A DNA stretch of 64,000 nucleotides from Methanobacteriota archaeon (GCA_002730095.1 PBZE01000050.1:6258-70257), one strand, 5' to 3'; positions 38,737-49,044 are shown, numbered from the stretch's first letter. Notes: generated from the sequence alone by a model not told the origin. Numbers and translations: made by a program.

Positions 38737-40281
38737 ATGAAGCGCATGGTTGCATTGGCTCTAGGGTCAATACTAATCTTCGCAATCCAACCTCAAATAT
38801 CGGGATTGGAACATCAAGAGGTCCAGTATTTTTCAGATAACCAAGATCCTCCCATAATCGGATTCAATGAAGACAATGGGGTATTTTTAGATCAAAACTC
38901 TACTGTATCAGGTTTTATTGTTGCAAGCAGCATTCCTGACTCATATGTGTGGCAAGTTTCAGAACTTTCACATTCCGGGGTGTTGTCCCCCCTCACTCTG
39001 CAAACTCCTTTGTACATCCAAGAAATATTTTCAAACCAAGACGACGGTATGACAAGATGGTCATGGAATATCTCCAATTTCTTTGAGTTTCCATTGCCCA
39101 GTGTCAGTACAGTTCTAAATTGCACATGCTACCTTTCTGTCACAGTAAATTCAGGAATACACGAATCTAGCAAATCCTTGCCTATATTTTTTGGCAATCC
39201 CGTTTCTCCTGCACTTATCTTAGACTCGCCATCAGACCAACACAGCCATACCGCGACATATTCCAATATAGTCGAGATTTCTGGTTGGGTTTCATCTCCC
39301 TCTGGATCCCCCGTCTTTACTTCTATTAATGTAATCAACGAGGAAACATCACCTAATACATGTTTGACATTACCAAATATTTCCAGTCCAATATCAAATT
39401 CAACGACTTCCGTTACGTTTTCATCGATGTTCAGTGGCCATTTTTCTGTGAGCATTGATGTCACGGAATTGGAAGATGGGTGGTATTCAGTCTGGGCCTC
39501 TATTCAATCTCCAGATATTCCAGGGGAAATCAAAAATATCTGCCTAGACTCCAGAATTGACAATTCAAATCCAGTGGCACTTTTAGAGGGGCCGCAACAA
39601 GTACAGGAGGGAGATGGCGATTTAATTTTTGATGCCGGGCAATCTTTTGATCCATACTGGGGCAAAGAGAATCTGAACTACATTTGGACCCTAATTAAAG
39701 TAGAAACGGCAGGTAGCTATCTTGTCGATAATTCTGAGGGTACTGAATCAAGTTTTTTTGTAGTCGATGATGCAATTTCAGGAGACTACAAACTATCACT
39801 CTTAGTTGTCGACGAAGAAGGAATGTCAAGTCAGATAGATTCCGAATTTTCAATCATTAATCAGCCACCACTAGCCAAACTTTCTATTTCGGGAGAGTCA
39901 CTCTCAGACGGGGATAAAATGGTGCTATCCGATTTATTGGAATGGGATTTAGATGCCTCACAATCACTCGATACTGGAAATGATATAGATGGACTTAGAT
40001 GTGTCTGGAAGATAAATTATAAGACAATTTACGAGGGTTGCGAAAGAAGCCTTCAATGGCCAGAAGGGGATGATAACGATTCTATTCTTCTAACCCTGGA
40101 TGTCATAGACGACGATGAAGAATTTTCTTCTATATCGGTAGAGCTATATCGTGCCAATTCCGAAAACCAAATACCATTTTCTGTAATCGTTCTAATTCTT
40201 TCTACACTATTTTTTATCAGTTCAGTAATCTATTCAAGAAGGAGAAATGAGGATATGGAGATCCCGAAGTGGAACGAATAA
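38737..40281 (+). CDS. Secreted PKD-domain protein with a C-terminal membrane anchor
   Basis: It has a signal peptide, PKD-like segments (PVALLEGPQQVQEGDGDLIFDAGQSFDPYWGKENLNYIWTL; PPLAKLSISGE...LDASQSLD) and a C-terminal transmembrane helix. Confidence 0.65.
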   Translation: MKRMVALALGSILIFAIQPQISGLEHQEVQYFSDNQDPPIIGFNEDNGVFLDQNSTVSGFIVASSIPDSYVWQVSELSHSGVLSPLTLQTPLYIQEIFSNQDDGMTRWSWNISNFFEFPLPSVSTVLNCTCYLSVTVNSGIHESSKSLPIFFGNPVSPALILDSPSDQHSHTATYSNIVEISGWVSSPSGSPVFTSINVINEETSPNTCLTLPNISSPISNSTTSVTFSSMFSGHFSVSIDVTELEDGWYSVWASIQSPDIPGEIKNICLDSRIDNSNPVALLEGPQQVQEGDGDLIFDAGQSFDPYWGKENLNYIWTLIKVETAGSYLVDNSEGTESSFFVVDDAISGDYKLSLLVVDEEGMSSQIDSEFSIINQPPLAKLSISGESLSDGDKMVLSDLLEWDLDASQSLDTGNDIDGLRCVWKINYKTIYEGCERSLQWPEGDDNDSILLTLDVIDDDEEFSSISVELYRANSENQIPFSVIVLILSTLFFISSVIYSRRRNEDMEIPKWNE

Positions 40282-40323
40282 ATACCCGATAATCACCCCC
40301 ACCCCTAAGTAGTTGTATGATAG

Positions 40324-41637
40324 GTGACAAACATGGCAGATACGGTGTTTGAACACAGTGAGTACCGAAGACGCCATGAAGAACTCATCCAGCAGCTTCC
40401 CCCAAATTCCCTAGTAATCATTCCAAATAATGTTCCAAAAACAAGATCTAATGATACTAAATATCCATTTAGGGCTAATTCATATCTTATGTATCTCTCT
40501 GGCTGGGAGGAGTCAAACTCCATACTGACAATAACAAAAATCTCCAATCAGACCACTATTACTCTATTCGTAAAGCCTAGAAATACTGAATCTGAGATAT
40601 GGGAGGGCAGGATAGTAGGCATTGAAGGAGCAAAAAATGGTTGGCCAATAGATAAGGCAGTTCCAATTTCGGATTTCGAATCAGTCTTATCGGATTCTTT
40701 TAAACAAATCTCTAATCTATTTCTGTTGAAGGACATAAATATGAAAATTGACTCAATAGTCAACGATCTTTGGGATGGTGATATTTCCGATCCATGTGTT
40801 TATCTGGATAAAATGAGGACAATCAAGTCTCCCGCTGAGATAGAACTCATGCAATCATCATCATCCATAGCCTGTGAAGCTCATATTTTAGCTATGTCAA
40901 TATCCAAGCCAAGAATCGGAGAGTGGGAGATTCAAGCCTCTATGGAAAACCACTTCACACGAAACAGGTCGGTAAACAGTTACAATCCAATTGTAGGAGG
41001 AGGGGATAATGCAACTATTCTGCATTACAGCTCTAATTCGAATCATATCGAAGATAATGAATTAGTATTGGTTGATGCGGGCTGTGAAATTAGCGGCTAT
41101 GCATCAGATATTACTAGGACGTGGCCAGTTAATGGGAAGTTCACAGAGCCGCAGAGAGAGATTTACGAATTAGTCTTAGAGGCACAGATTTCTGCCATTA
41201 AAGCCTGTCAACCAGGATCATCTTGGGAATCAATGCACAGAGCAGCATCTGAAGTGATTTCAAAGGGACTCATAGATTTAGGTGTTCTGAAATGCTCTCT
41301 CGAAGAAGCCCTTGGGAAAAATCTAGATGGTGAATTCAGAAAATTCTTCATGCATGGCACGGGTCACATGTTGGGCCTAGATGTTCATGACGTGGGAGGC
41401 GGAAGGCAAGGTGGAAATCCGGGACCGACTCTTTCCCCTGGCATGATTGTCACAGTTGAGCCCGGGCTATACTTTGCATCTTGGAGGGAAGATATAGAAA
41501 TTCCTGAGAAATATTCCGGAATCGGTGTAAGAATAGAAGACGATGTCCTGATCACTGAGAGCGGCCCACTAGTACTTACTGATGGATGCCCGAAGACAAT
41601 CGATGAAATAGAATCAATTGTCGGGAGTGCATTGTAA
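40324..41637 (+). CDS. pepP: Xaa-Pro aminopeptidase (M24B)
   Basis: It has an AMP_N-like N-terminus (FRANSYLMYLSG) and the M24 metal ligands (VLVDAGCEISGYASDITRTWP; HGTGHMLGLDVHD; VEPGLY; GVRIEDDV). Confidence 0.88.
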   Translation: MTNMADTVFEHSEYRRRHEELIQQLPPNSLVIIPNNVPKTRSNDTKYPFRANSYLMYLSGWEESNSILTITKISNQTTITLFVKPRNTESEIWEGRIVGIEGAKNGWPIDKAVPISDFESVLSDSFKQISNLFLLKDINMKIDSIVNDLWDGDISDPCVYLDKMRTIKSPAEIELMQSSSSIACEAHILAMSISKPRIGEWEIQASMENHFTRNRSVNSYNPIVGGGDNATILHYSSNSNHIEDNELVLVDAGCEISGYASDITRTWPVNGKFTEPQREIYELVLEAQISAIKACQPGSSWESMHRAASEVISKGLIDLGVLKCSLEEALGKNLDGEFRKFFMHGTGHMLGLDVHDVGGGRQGGNPGPTLSPGMIVTVEPGLYFASWREDIEIPEKYSGIGVRIEDDVLITESGPLVLTDGCPKTIDEIESIVGSAL

Positions 41638-42804
41638 ATGAGCGCTGATGATATCCTACAAGCTCAACTGGAAGATAATCCTCCTAGGATATCTGTTGAA
41701 GAGGCAATTGTACTATACGAGAATGCAAACCTAAGTGATTTGATGCATGTCGCTTCTGTCAGAAGATCGATTATTGTCCCGGGAAATGAGGTAACTTACC
41801 TAGTTGATAGAAATATTAACTACACAAATGCATGTACAATAAATTGTCAGTTCTGTTCATTCTACAGGCCACCAGAACATCCTGAAGCATATACCCAGAC
41901 ATTCGATGAAATAAGCTCACGAGTTTCTGAGCTCGAGGAAATAGGGGGCTCGAGGATATTGATGCAAGGTGGTGTTAATCCCGACTTACAATTATCTTGG
42001 TACACGGAATTAATATCAAAACTAAATCAAAAACATCCAAAGATTCACCTGGATTGCTTCTCTCCAATCGAAATTGAGGGAATAGCGGAAGTTTGCGGAA
42101 TATCAACTAGTCAGGTACTCAGGAAACTGAAAGATTCTGGTATGCACGGACTACCGGGTGGCGGTGCTGAGATGTTAGTTGATGATGTCAGACTAGACAT
42201 ATCGCCCAAGAAGGGTTCATCTGGAAATTGGATAAGGGTAATGCGTGAAGCTCAAGATCTCGATCTGATAACTTCCGCAACCAATGTAATCGGATTCGGT
42301 GAGACATACTCGGATAGAGTAATGCACATGAATCTGATTAGAAAGGCCCAAGACGAAGCTATCAATAGTGGAAATATGGGATTTACTTCCTTTATTTCAT
42401 GGCCAGTACAGTTGCAGAATAATGTATTCGGTGCACGAAACAAAGGCGCTAATAGAATCGAATTAGGAGCTTCATCTTCTGAATATCTAAGACATGTGGC
42501 CATCTCAAGGATTTTCTTCGACAATATTTCACACATTCAGGCTTCTTGGCCAACAATGGGGATGGAGGTTGCACAACTGGCTTTGTCCGCTGGCGCTGAT
42601 GATGCCGGATCTACTATGATGGAGGAAAATGTTGTATCTGCATCTGGTACAAATAAGACAATGGCCACAGAGAAAGAACTTCAAAGAATAATACTTAGAT
42701 CTGGATATAGGCCGAGGAAGAGAGACTCAGAATACAACCTACTCAATACCGAATTATTGGATGATACGCCTTTGTACTCCATCCCTCCACTACAAGGAAA
42801 CTAG
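41638..42804 (+). CDS. Radical SAM enzyme of the MqnC/MqnE/CofH family (futalosine-pathway type)
   Basis: It contains VDRNINYTNACTINCQFCSFYR (CxxxCxxC), ILMQGGVNPDL, LPGGGAEML and MMEENVVSASG. I cannot separate MqnC from MqnE by eye. Confidence 0.7.
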   Translation: MSADDILQAQLEDNPPRISVEEAIVLYENANLSDLMHVASVRRSIIVPGNEVTYLVDRNINYTNACTINCQFCSFYRPPEHPEAYTQTFDEISSRVSELEEIGGSRILMQGGVNPDLQLSWYTELISKLNQKHPKIHLDCFSPIEIEGIAEVCGISTSQVLRKLKDSGMHGLPGGGAEMLVDDVRLDISPKKGSSGNWIRVMREAQDLDLITSATNVIGFGETYSDRVMHMNLIRKAQDEAINSGNMGFTSFISWPVQLQNNVFGARNKGANRIELGASSSEYLRHVAISRIFFDNISHIQASWPTMGMEVAQLALSAGADDAGSTMMEENVVSASGTNKTMATEKELQRIILRSGYRPRKRDSEYNLLNTELLDDTPLYSIPPLQGN

Positions 42805-43874
42805 GATTCTGATCGCCCGCTCCTTACTGGCAGATCTTCAAACCCTATTTCTGTTAATGGGAAATCTATTGTGATCGGTCTTACCCACTTCATCAAAGTA
42901 CCATCGTCCCTAACGGCCTCGATAACAATCTCCCAGTGAACTGCAATCATGGCCGAGTATATTGTTCCCGGCCATGGCTTTGATGGCCCTAACATCCTTA
43001 TTGGCAAATCCTTCACCTTTGTCCATTCGCCAAAATCTTGCACTCTCATAGGCTCGAGCAGAAGTAATCTACCTCTTCCCACTGTCATTGGCATAGACTC
43101 TCCAACACCAGTGCCATGTTCATCGGCCGTTGAAATCCTCCTTTCGGGTAATTCAGTAGACATTCCAGGTGAAGGCTGACCGAATCTTTTTCTTCCCATG
43201 GCGCTCAATAATGCTTCTCTTTCGGGTATTGCAACTCCAACTTGAACCCTAGCTCTTTTCGCCTCAATGCCCTTGGGCATTTTGATTTTTGTTAAATCTA
43301 CAAATTCAGTGCAGAGCTCCCCGATTTCAATTTCTGGATTAGTTAAGGGATTTGAAATATATTCATTCTGCCTCCTGATATCCTTGATATTAGCAAAAAC
43401 TCGTACAAGTATCGGAGTTACAAAAACTGGAAACGCAATCAATATCATCAATGGATAGTCTAGGGGGCCAATACTAATCGGTGTGAATAATAGATCTGGA
43501 ATAAATCCAATATTGATTAACGCCGGCTCAAGAGCATGCATTAACAATGCAACAACAAGGATTAGGACTCCTGGAAAAATCGTTTTTCTCGCAATTTTGT
43601 GCATAGGATCCGGTTCGATATACCAGCCATTTCTCGTTCTCATTAAGAATGGCAATGTCGCGTATGTTACTTCCTTAGTGATGATTGGAAGCCCTGCATC
43701 ATTCTCATTTTCAGCTCTCCATTCCAGTATCCATGATTTATCATTTCCAATTTTAAATTCAGGTGGAGGTGGGCTTTCCGACTCGAGTAAAACCTCCACT
43801 AGGGGTATCCCCTCCGGATCACTGTTCTCGTGATCAAACGGTGGATATCTTACTCTTTGAACTGACCTAAACAT
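42801..43874 (-). CDS. Hypothetical membrane protein (357 aa)
   Basis: It has 2-3 central transmembrane helices and a beta-rich C-terminal domain. The gene is tightly packed downstream of topA and the GGR gene. Confidence 0.55.
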   Translation of the reverse strand: MFRSVQRVRYPPFDHENSDPEGIPLVEVLLESESPPPPEFKIGNDKSWILEWRAENENDAGLPIITKEVTYATLPFLMRTRNGWYIEPDPMHKIARKTIFPGVLILVVALLMHALEPALINIGFIPDLLFTPISIGPLDYPLMILIAFPVFVTPILVRVFANIKDIRRQNEYISNPLTNPEIEIGELCTEFVDLTKIKMPKGIEAKRARVQVGVAIPEREALLSAMGRKRFGQPSPGMSTELPERRISTADEHGTGVGESMPMTVGRGRLLLLEPMRVQDFGEWTKVKDLPIRMLGPSKPWPGTIYSAMIAVHWEIVIEAVRDDGTLMKWVRPITIDFPLTEIGFEDLPVRSGRSES

Positions 43875-43875
43875 G

Positions 43876-45099
43876 TTAACTCCAAATTATCGCAGATGCA
43901 GCCTTGGTAGCAAGTGACCTGAATTCGGGCACTTCCTTCAGTAGCCTAATACCAAGTGGTATTGGATTATCTATCTCTCCAGATTCATTGATAATCTTGG
44001 TTACCTCGGGCCTAGACCAAACCATGAAAACTCTCTCTAGCTCTTCGTCACTGGCTTCGGTTAGGAAAGCATCTCTTAGTGCCCTAGCCCTATTCAATTT
44101 CTTCCTCAGAGGCTCTAGATTTTTAACAAGCGCCTTCATTTTTTCCTTTCCCAAAGTATCATTATTCATGTATGCAGACAATTTTGGTGCAAGTAAATCT
44201 ACCTGATCAAACCCTGTTCCTATGCCTCCTCCCGTAGTTGGCTTACAAGCCCCAGATGCATCCCCAAAGAGTGCCACTCTTTCTCCCAAGGGATATTTGA
44301 GTAATCCACTTGGAACGGGCCCACCAAATCTCCCAATGATATTACAATGTTCAAATCTACTCTTCCAAATAGATGAATTCATTAGATTATCTACTAACAT
44401 TTCACAGGATTTTCCCGATAACAAATCAGCTCTGCTCCACATGCCTATTCTTGTGGTTTCCCCCGAGGGAATAGCCCAAGCGAAGAAACCCGGCGCAATA
44501 TCGTTCCCAGTGAACATGTCCAACTGCCCCTCTGAACCATTGTATCCTGTTACTTCGACTTGATAACCAATCATCATCTCCTTGGGACGACCCATCTTCA
44601 TCTCCCTTCTTACCCAGGAATGAGCACCATCACAACCGCACACCAACGCACATCTAACCTGCATAATAGTCCCATTAACATCGACCGATAACTCTGCAAA
44701 ATTGTCTTCTATAACTATGTTAGTGGGTTTAGAATTTAGTATTATATTTGCACCCGATTCAACGGCTAAACGCACGACTCCCTCATCAAATTTTTTCCTA
44801 CAAACTGACCATGTTCGTACTCTTTCCGGTGAACCAATGTCTACAGTGGTTCCATTGGGACTGTTTATCCTAGCGCCCCAAATAGGCGTCAATACCGTGT
44901 CTTCCATGGGTACTCTTTCCATTGCCCCGGGATTAACAAGTCCCGCGCACTGGAAGGGCCTACCAATCTCCGAGTGTTCTTCTATAATTAGTACCGAATG
45001 GCCTAATTTTCTCATACTCCAGCCTAGATATCCCCCCACAGGCCCGGCTCCAATTATTACGACGTCGTAGTATTCGTCGAGTCTTGATTGGACACTCAT
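43876..45099 (-). CDS. Geranylgeranyl reductase-family FAD-dependent oxidoreductase (archaeal lipid saturase-like)
   Basis: It has YDVVIIGAGPVGGYLG (the FAD dinucleotide fold) and LFGDASGACKPTTGGGI. Its length (407 aa) is typical of digeranylgeranylglycerophospholipid reductases. Confidence 0.75.
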   Translation of the reverse strand: MSVQSRLDEYYDVVIIGAGPVGGYLGWSMRKLGHSVLIIEEHSEIGRPFQCAGLVNPGAMERVPMEDTVLTPIWGARINSPNGTTVDIGSPERVRTWSVCRKKFDEGVVRLAVESGANIILNSKPTNIVIEDNFAELSVDVNGTIMQVRCALVCGCDGAHSWVRREMKMGRPKEMMIGYQVEVTGYNGSEGQLDMFTGNDIAPGFFAWAIPSGETTRIGMWSRADLLSGKSCEMLVDNLMNSSIWKSRFEHCNIIGRFGGPVPSGLLKYPLGERVALFGDASGACKPTTGGGIGTGFDQVDLLAPKLSAYMNNDTLGKEKMKALVKNLEPLRKKLNRARALRDAFLTEASDEELERVFMVWSRPEVTKIINESGEIDNPIPLGIRLLKEVPEFRSLATKAASAIIWS

Positions 45100-47373
45100 T
45101 TAATTCCCCTTTTTGCGCCCGCCTTTCTTTCTCATGGCCTTGAGATTGGATATTATCTTACTCGCTTCAGATTTAGTTATGTCGGACTCATCTGCTAACT
45201 CGGCCATAGACAAAACGTCTCGCATAGGCAACCCCTGTTTCTCAGCCATGCTCTTAATGAGATCAATCTGTGGCTCTGAAGCTGGAAGCGACTCATTTGC
45301 CTCCTTCATGAGGCCAATTAATGTACTGGCTGTCCCATTCCTTCCTCCGGTAAGCTCAGAGTAATCATCCACATCAACCAATTTCAATGCCTCTTCATCG
45401 GACATTGTTGATTTCTCTATTAGAGACGTCAAGTAGCTAATTTGTTTCTCGCTGGGTTTTGGGCCGCCATTCTCACTTTCTTTTTCGATTAGAACCTCAA
45501 TTAGATCACTGGCCTCCTTGCCAGTAATTTCCGCAAGCTCCTTTCCTCCCATTAGATCCTTTCTTACGTCCTCTGGAAGGTGATTTATTCTATTTTCTAT
45601 AGCCCAAATTTGCTTTGGAGTGGGTTTGCTTCTTCTAATCTCCAATGCATTATCATGAGCTGTTTTGAATGATGCAGTGAATGAATTCCACATGTCAGAT
45701 CCTGAAATATCCCCCTCTTCTACCATATCCAGCTGCCTCTCCATATCTGCTGTAAATTCCGAAGAAAATAACTTATTTTCATCTTCCTGATCATTATAGA
45801 TGGGTGCCACCTCTGTCCACAGTACCATACCATTATCTGTGGGAGTCAAAGATCCATTCTCATTAGTTACGTACTTCCTGTCAGAAAGCTTCTGTACAGT
45901 ACTTACATAGGTAGAGGGCCTGCCTATTCCTGCATTTTTCATCTTCTTGACAATAGAGCTTTCCGTATACCTTCTCGGAGGTTTGGTTTCATCGGTTGTC
46001 ATCACAGGGTTATTCTCCATGCCATCTATTTCCCATATTGAATCCGCAGACATATCGAATTTTGGCTCACTAATCCTAGGTTCTGGAAGAAATTTCTCCG
46101 AGGCAGCTTCCCATCCTGCATGCACTCTCCATGATGCAGTGCCGGTGATGGACAATTCAGTTCCCATAACTCTACCAGAAATCTCCCTCCTCTCTCGGAC
46201 GGAATCTGACATCTGACTTGAAAGGAATCTGCTTCTAATGAGTGAATAAAGTCTGACTGTATCCATATCCGAGTCTTCGGGGGTTTCTAATTTTGGATCC
46301 GTTGGCCTTATTGCCTCGTGCGCATCTTGCACATTACTGGATCCCTTTTTCGCATCCGGCCCCAATGACCCTGGGCCTAGAAATTCTTGACCATAGTTTT
46401 CTAGAATTATCTCCTTTGCTGAATCCCGAGCCCCCGCACTGGTCCTAGTTGAGTCGGTCCTAATGTAAGTGATGAATCCCTTGTTGTATAAATCCGAGGC
46501 AATCTTACTAGTTTTTGACATTGACCATCCCAATGAGCTACTAGCAGACTGCAACATCGTATCAGTAGTAAATGGAGGAGGAGGTTTGCGGTTCGTCTTT
46601 CCCGGCTTAATTGACTCAACAGTAAATGACTTCGATTGATTCAAGGCCATATACGCCCCTTCAGCTAATGAGATATCGAATGTCCTATCAGAGAAGAATT
46701 TACCACTATCGTCCCTCCATGCATCCTCATCTGAGCTTCCATGAAATCTAAATTTGAATGTGTATCCATCGCTAATAGCATGTACACTGTGATATGGTAT
46801 TGGGACATGCGAGTTTCTTTCAATTTCCCTATCAACAATGTAGCCTAGTGTAGGCGTCTGAACTCTGCCCATTGACCTTAAATTCCAACTCTTTGCAAAT
46901 TTAGAACATCTAAATCCAACTAGTCTGTCCATGAATCTTCTAACCTTAGCGGCATCAACTAGGGAATAATCAACTTCTCTATGATTTTCAATAGCAACTC
47001 CAACTGCCTCCTTAGTGATTTCATTGAAGGTCACTCTCGTTACAAAGGGGAAATCTGAGAATATCTGTGCTAACCTCCAAGCAATGAACTCACCCTCCCT
47101 ATCGGGATCGGTCGCAATATACACTTCAGTAACATTATTTTTCTTCGATTTCGACAGAATTTTTGAAACAACCCTCTCTGCCCTATCTGTCCATTCCCAA
47201 GGGGGATCTGGTAGTTGTCCCTTTTCTGATGCCCACATTGCCTTGCTGCCTTGCTTACCAGAGCGTGGCAAGTCCTGTACGTGTCCGAAGCATGCTTCCA
47301 CTATCCACCCTTTACCTAGATATTTCTTTACCGTTTTACCCTTGGCACCTGATTCAAGTATCATTAGCTTCAC
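45100..47373 (-). CDS. topA: Type IA DNA topoisomerase with a cysteine-free repeat C-terminus
   Basis: It has the TOPRIM motifs (LMILESGAKGKTVKKYLG, ATDPDREGE) and the active-site region GFITYIRTDS. The last 175 aa are three tandem repeats of about 50 aa and contain no Cys. Confidence 0.9.
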   Translation of the reverse strand: MKLMILESGAKGKTVKKYLGKGWIVEACFGHVQDLPRSGKQGSKAMWASEKGQLPDPPWEWTDRAERVVSKILSKSKKNNVTEVYIATDPDREGEFIAWRLAQIFSDFPFVTRVTFNEITKEAVGVAIENHREVDYSLVDAAKVRRFMDRLVGFRCSKFAKSWNLRSMGRVQTPTLGYIVDREIERNSHVPIPYHSVHAISDGYTFKFRFHGSSDEDAWRDDSGKFFSDRTFDISLAEGAYMALNQSKSFTVESIKPGKTNRKPPPPFTTDTMLQSASSSLGWSMSKTSKIASDLYNKGFITYIRTDSTRTSAGARDSAKEIILENYGQEFLGPGSLGPDAKKGSSNVQDAHEAIRPTDPKLETPEDSDMDTVRLYSLIRSRFLSSQMSDSVRERREISGRVMGTELSITGTASWRVHAGWEAASEKFLPEPRISEPKFDMSADSIWEIDGMENNPVMTTDETKPPRRYTESSIVKKMKNAGIGRPSTYVSTVQKLSDRKYVTNENGSLTPTDNGMVLWTEVAPIYNDQEDENKLFSSEFTADMERQLDMVEEGDISGSDMWNSFTASFKTAHDNALEIRRSKPTPKQIWAIENRINHLPEDVRKDLMGGKELAEITGKEASDLIEVLIEKESENGGPKPSEKQISYLTSLIEKSTMSDEEALKLVDVDDYSELTGGRNGTASTLIGLMKEANESLPASEPQIDLIKSMAEKQGLPMRDVLSMAELADESDITKSEASKIISNLKAMRKKGGRKKGN

Positions 47374-47484
47374 AGTAGCACCTCGATAATACGTTGTTGA
47401 TGTTCATCCCTTGATATTCCCCGTATAAACATGAGTGATGGTGGAGCAGTACAACGCGCACACGCGCGTGCCCACGCGAGGCCA

Positions 47485-47895
47485 TCAATATTTTCGAGCA
47501 GATTTTTCGTCCCATGGCCCTTCAGAGCCGGGACCTCCACATCCAACACATCCTGGATAGCCTGCAGATGCTAACTTCATCACCATAAGTGAGAAATCAT
47601 CCCAACAATGCCCTGTTTCAGACATGTCGGCCTTTATCCAGCAATATGATAAATCCGGCTCATCAATACCGATATGGAAATTTAGATCTTCATCGTTTGT
47701 GTATGATATATGTTCTCCACTGACAGATTCAATCTTCGGTGCAACAATCTTGGAAGGTACCAGATCTGATACCTTCAGAACCAATCCTTCTGCATCAGAA
47801 ATCCATTTTTGGGGAATGTATAGGGTGCCACCCTGGCATCGGAGTAGCCTTCTTGCCGCTTCTCTCAATGAGTCTGTATATGCGCCCATGACCAT
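47485..47895 (-). CDS. Hypothetical protein (136 aa)
   Basis: The ORF fills the gap and carries a C-terminal GCVGCGGPG motif. I recognise no family. Confidence 0.45.
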   Translation of the reverse strand: MVMGAYTDSLREAARRLLRCQGGTLYIPQKWISDAEGLVLKVSDLVPSKIVAPKIESVSGEHISYTNDEDLNFHIGIDEPDLSYCWIKADMSETGHCWDDFSLMVMKLASAGYPGCVGCGGPGSEGPWDEKSARKY

Positions 47896-47940
47896 GCGAC
47901 TATGCGCAACTATTCAAGAGTACTTTGCTATCGGACATGC

Positions 47941-49044
47941 ATGAGTCTTGCATGGAGGCTGCTGGCAAGACCCATCATTTCTAGATTAGACTCTGAGAGA
48001 TCCCATGATTTGGCACTTGGCGCCCTATCCAAATTTGATAATTCTAATTATGGAAAATCTGTCCTAAGTAGGATGTTCCAATCTCCAGACCTCCCCATCC
48101 ACGCTCTTGGCAGATTATTCCATCACCCTCTGGGACTTGCCGCGGGAATGGATAAAGGCGCAAGGGCCCTTTCCGCTTGGCCAGCACTTGGATTTTCTTG
48201 GATAGAATATGGTGGAATTACAAGATTCCCACAGGATGGGAATCCAAAACCAAGAATGTTTCGTGCAAACTCAGAGAAGGCATTAGTGAATAGTATGGGA
48301 TTCAATAATCCTGGTGCTTCATCTGTGAGGGATTCACTAATCTCTAGAAAATCACTTGGGAACTGGCCAAACGTCCCTGTTGCAGCAAATATTGGGCGCT
48401 CAAAGAAAGTCGACAATGAACAAGCGCCAGCTGATTATTCGCAAACACTAGACACATTGTGGAATCATGCTGATATGTTTGTATTGAATGTCTCTTCACC
48501 CAACACTCCCGGCCTAAGGGATCTTCAACAAGAGGATTTGCTAGAGAATGTACTTAGTGAGTGTACTAAGATACGCGATAAGTACAGCTCTGATAAACCA
48601 ATTCTATTGAAACTATCACCAGACAATGACGACGAATTAATATCGGAAATGGCCGATGCATCAATCAAATTTGGATTAGATGGAATCGTCGCTACAAATA
48701 CCACTATTTCTAGGCCCGAGCCTAAGAATACACAATCAAGAATAGCCTTCTCCCAATCAGGAGGGGTATCCGGCAGACCTCTACACAAAAGATCAGTGGA
48801 AGTAATTTCCAATATCTATGAACATACTAATGGAAAGATCACTATAGTGGGGGTTGGAGGGATAGATTCGTCCGAAAGCGCTTGGAGCTCCATTCAGTCT
48901 GGAGCCAGCCTCCTGCAATTGTACTCCGGATTGGTATTCAACGGCCCAAGAGTGACTTCATCTATAGTCAGAGGTCTCAAAAGCAGGGTTAAAGAATATG
49001 GATTTAGTGGAGTATCTGAAGCAGTAGGATATGGCCATCGATAG
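47941..49044 (+). CDS. pyrD: Dihydroorotate dehydrogenase (quinone), class 2
   Basis: It contains LGLAAGMDKGA...GFSWIEYGGITRFPQDGNPKPRMFR...NSMGFNNPG, NVSSPNTPGLR and GVSGRPL. I take the ATG at 47941. Confidence 0.9.
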   Translation: MSLAWRLLARPIISRLDSERSHDLALGALSKFDNSNYGKSVLSRMFQSPDLPIHALGRLFHHPLGLAAGMDKGARALSAWPALGFSWIEYGGITRFPQDGNPKPRMFRANSEKALVNSMGFNNPGASSVRDSLISRKSLGNWPNVPVAANIGRSKKVDNEQAPADYSQTLDTLWNHADMFVLNVSSPNTPGLRDLQQEDLLENVLSECTKIRDKYSSDKPILLKLSPDNDDELISEMADASIKFGLDGIVATNTTISRPEPKNTQSRIAFSQSGGVSGRPLHKRSVEVISNIYEHTNGKITIVGVGGIDSSESAWSSIQSGASLLQLYSGLVFNGPRVTSSIVRGLKSRVKEYGFSGVSEAVGYGHR

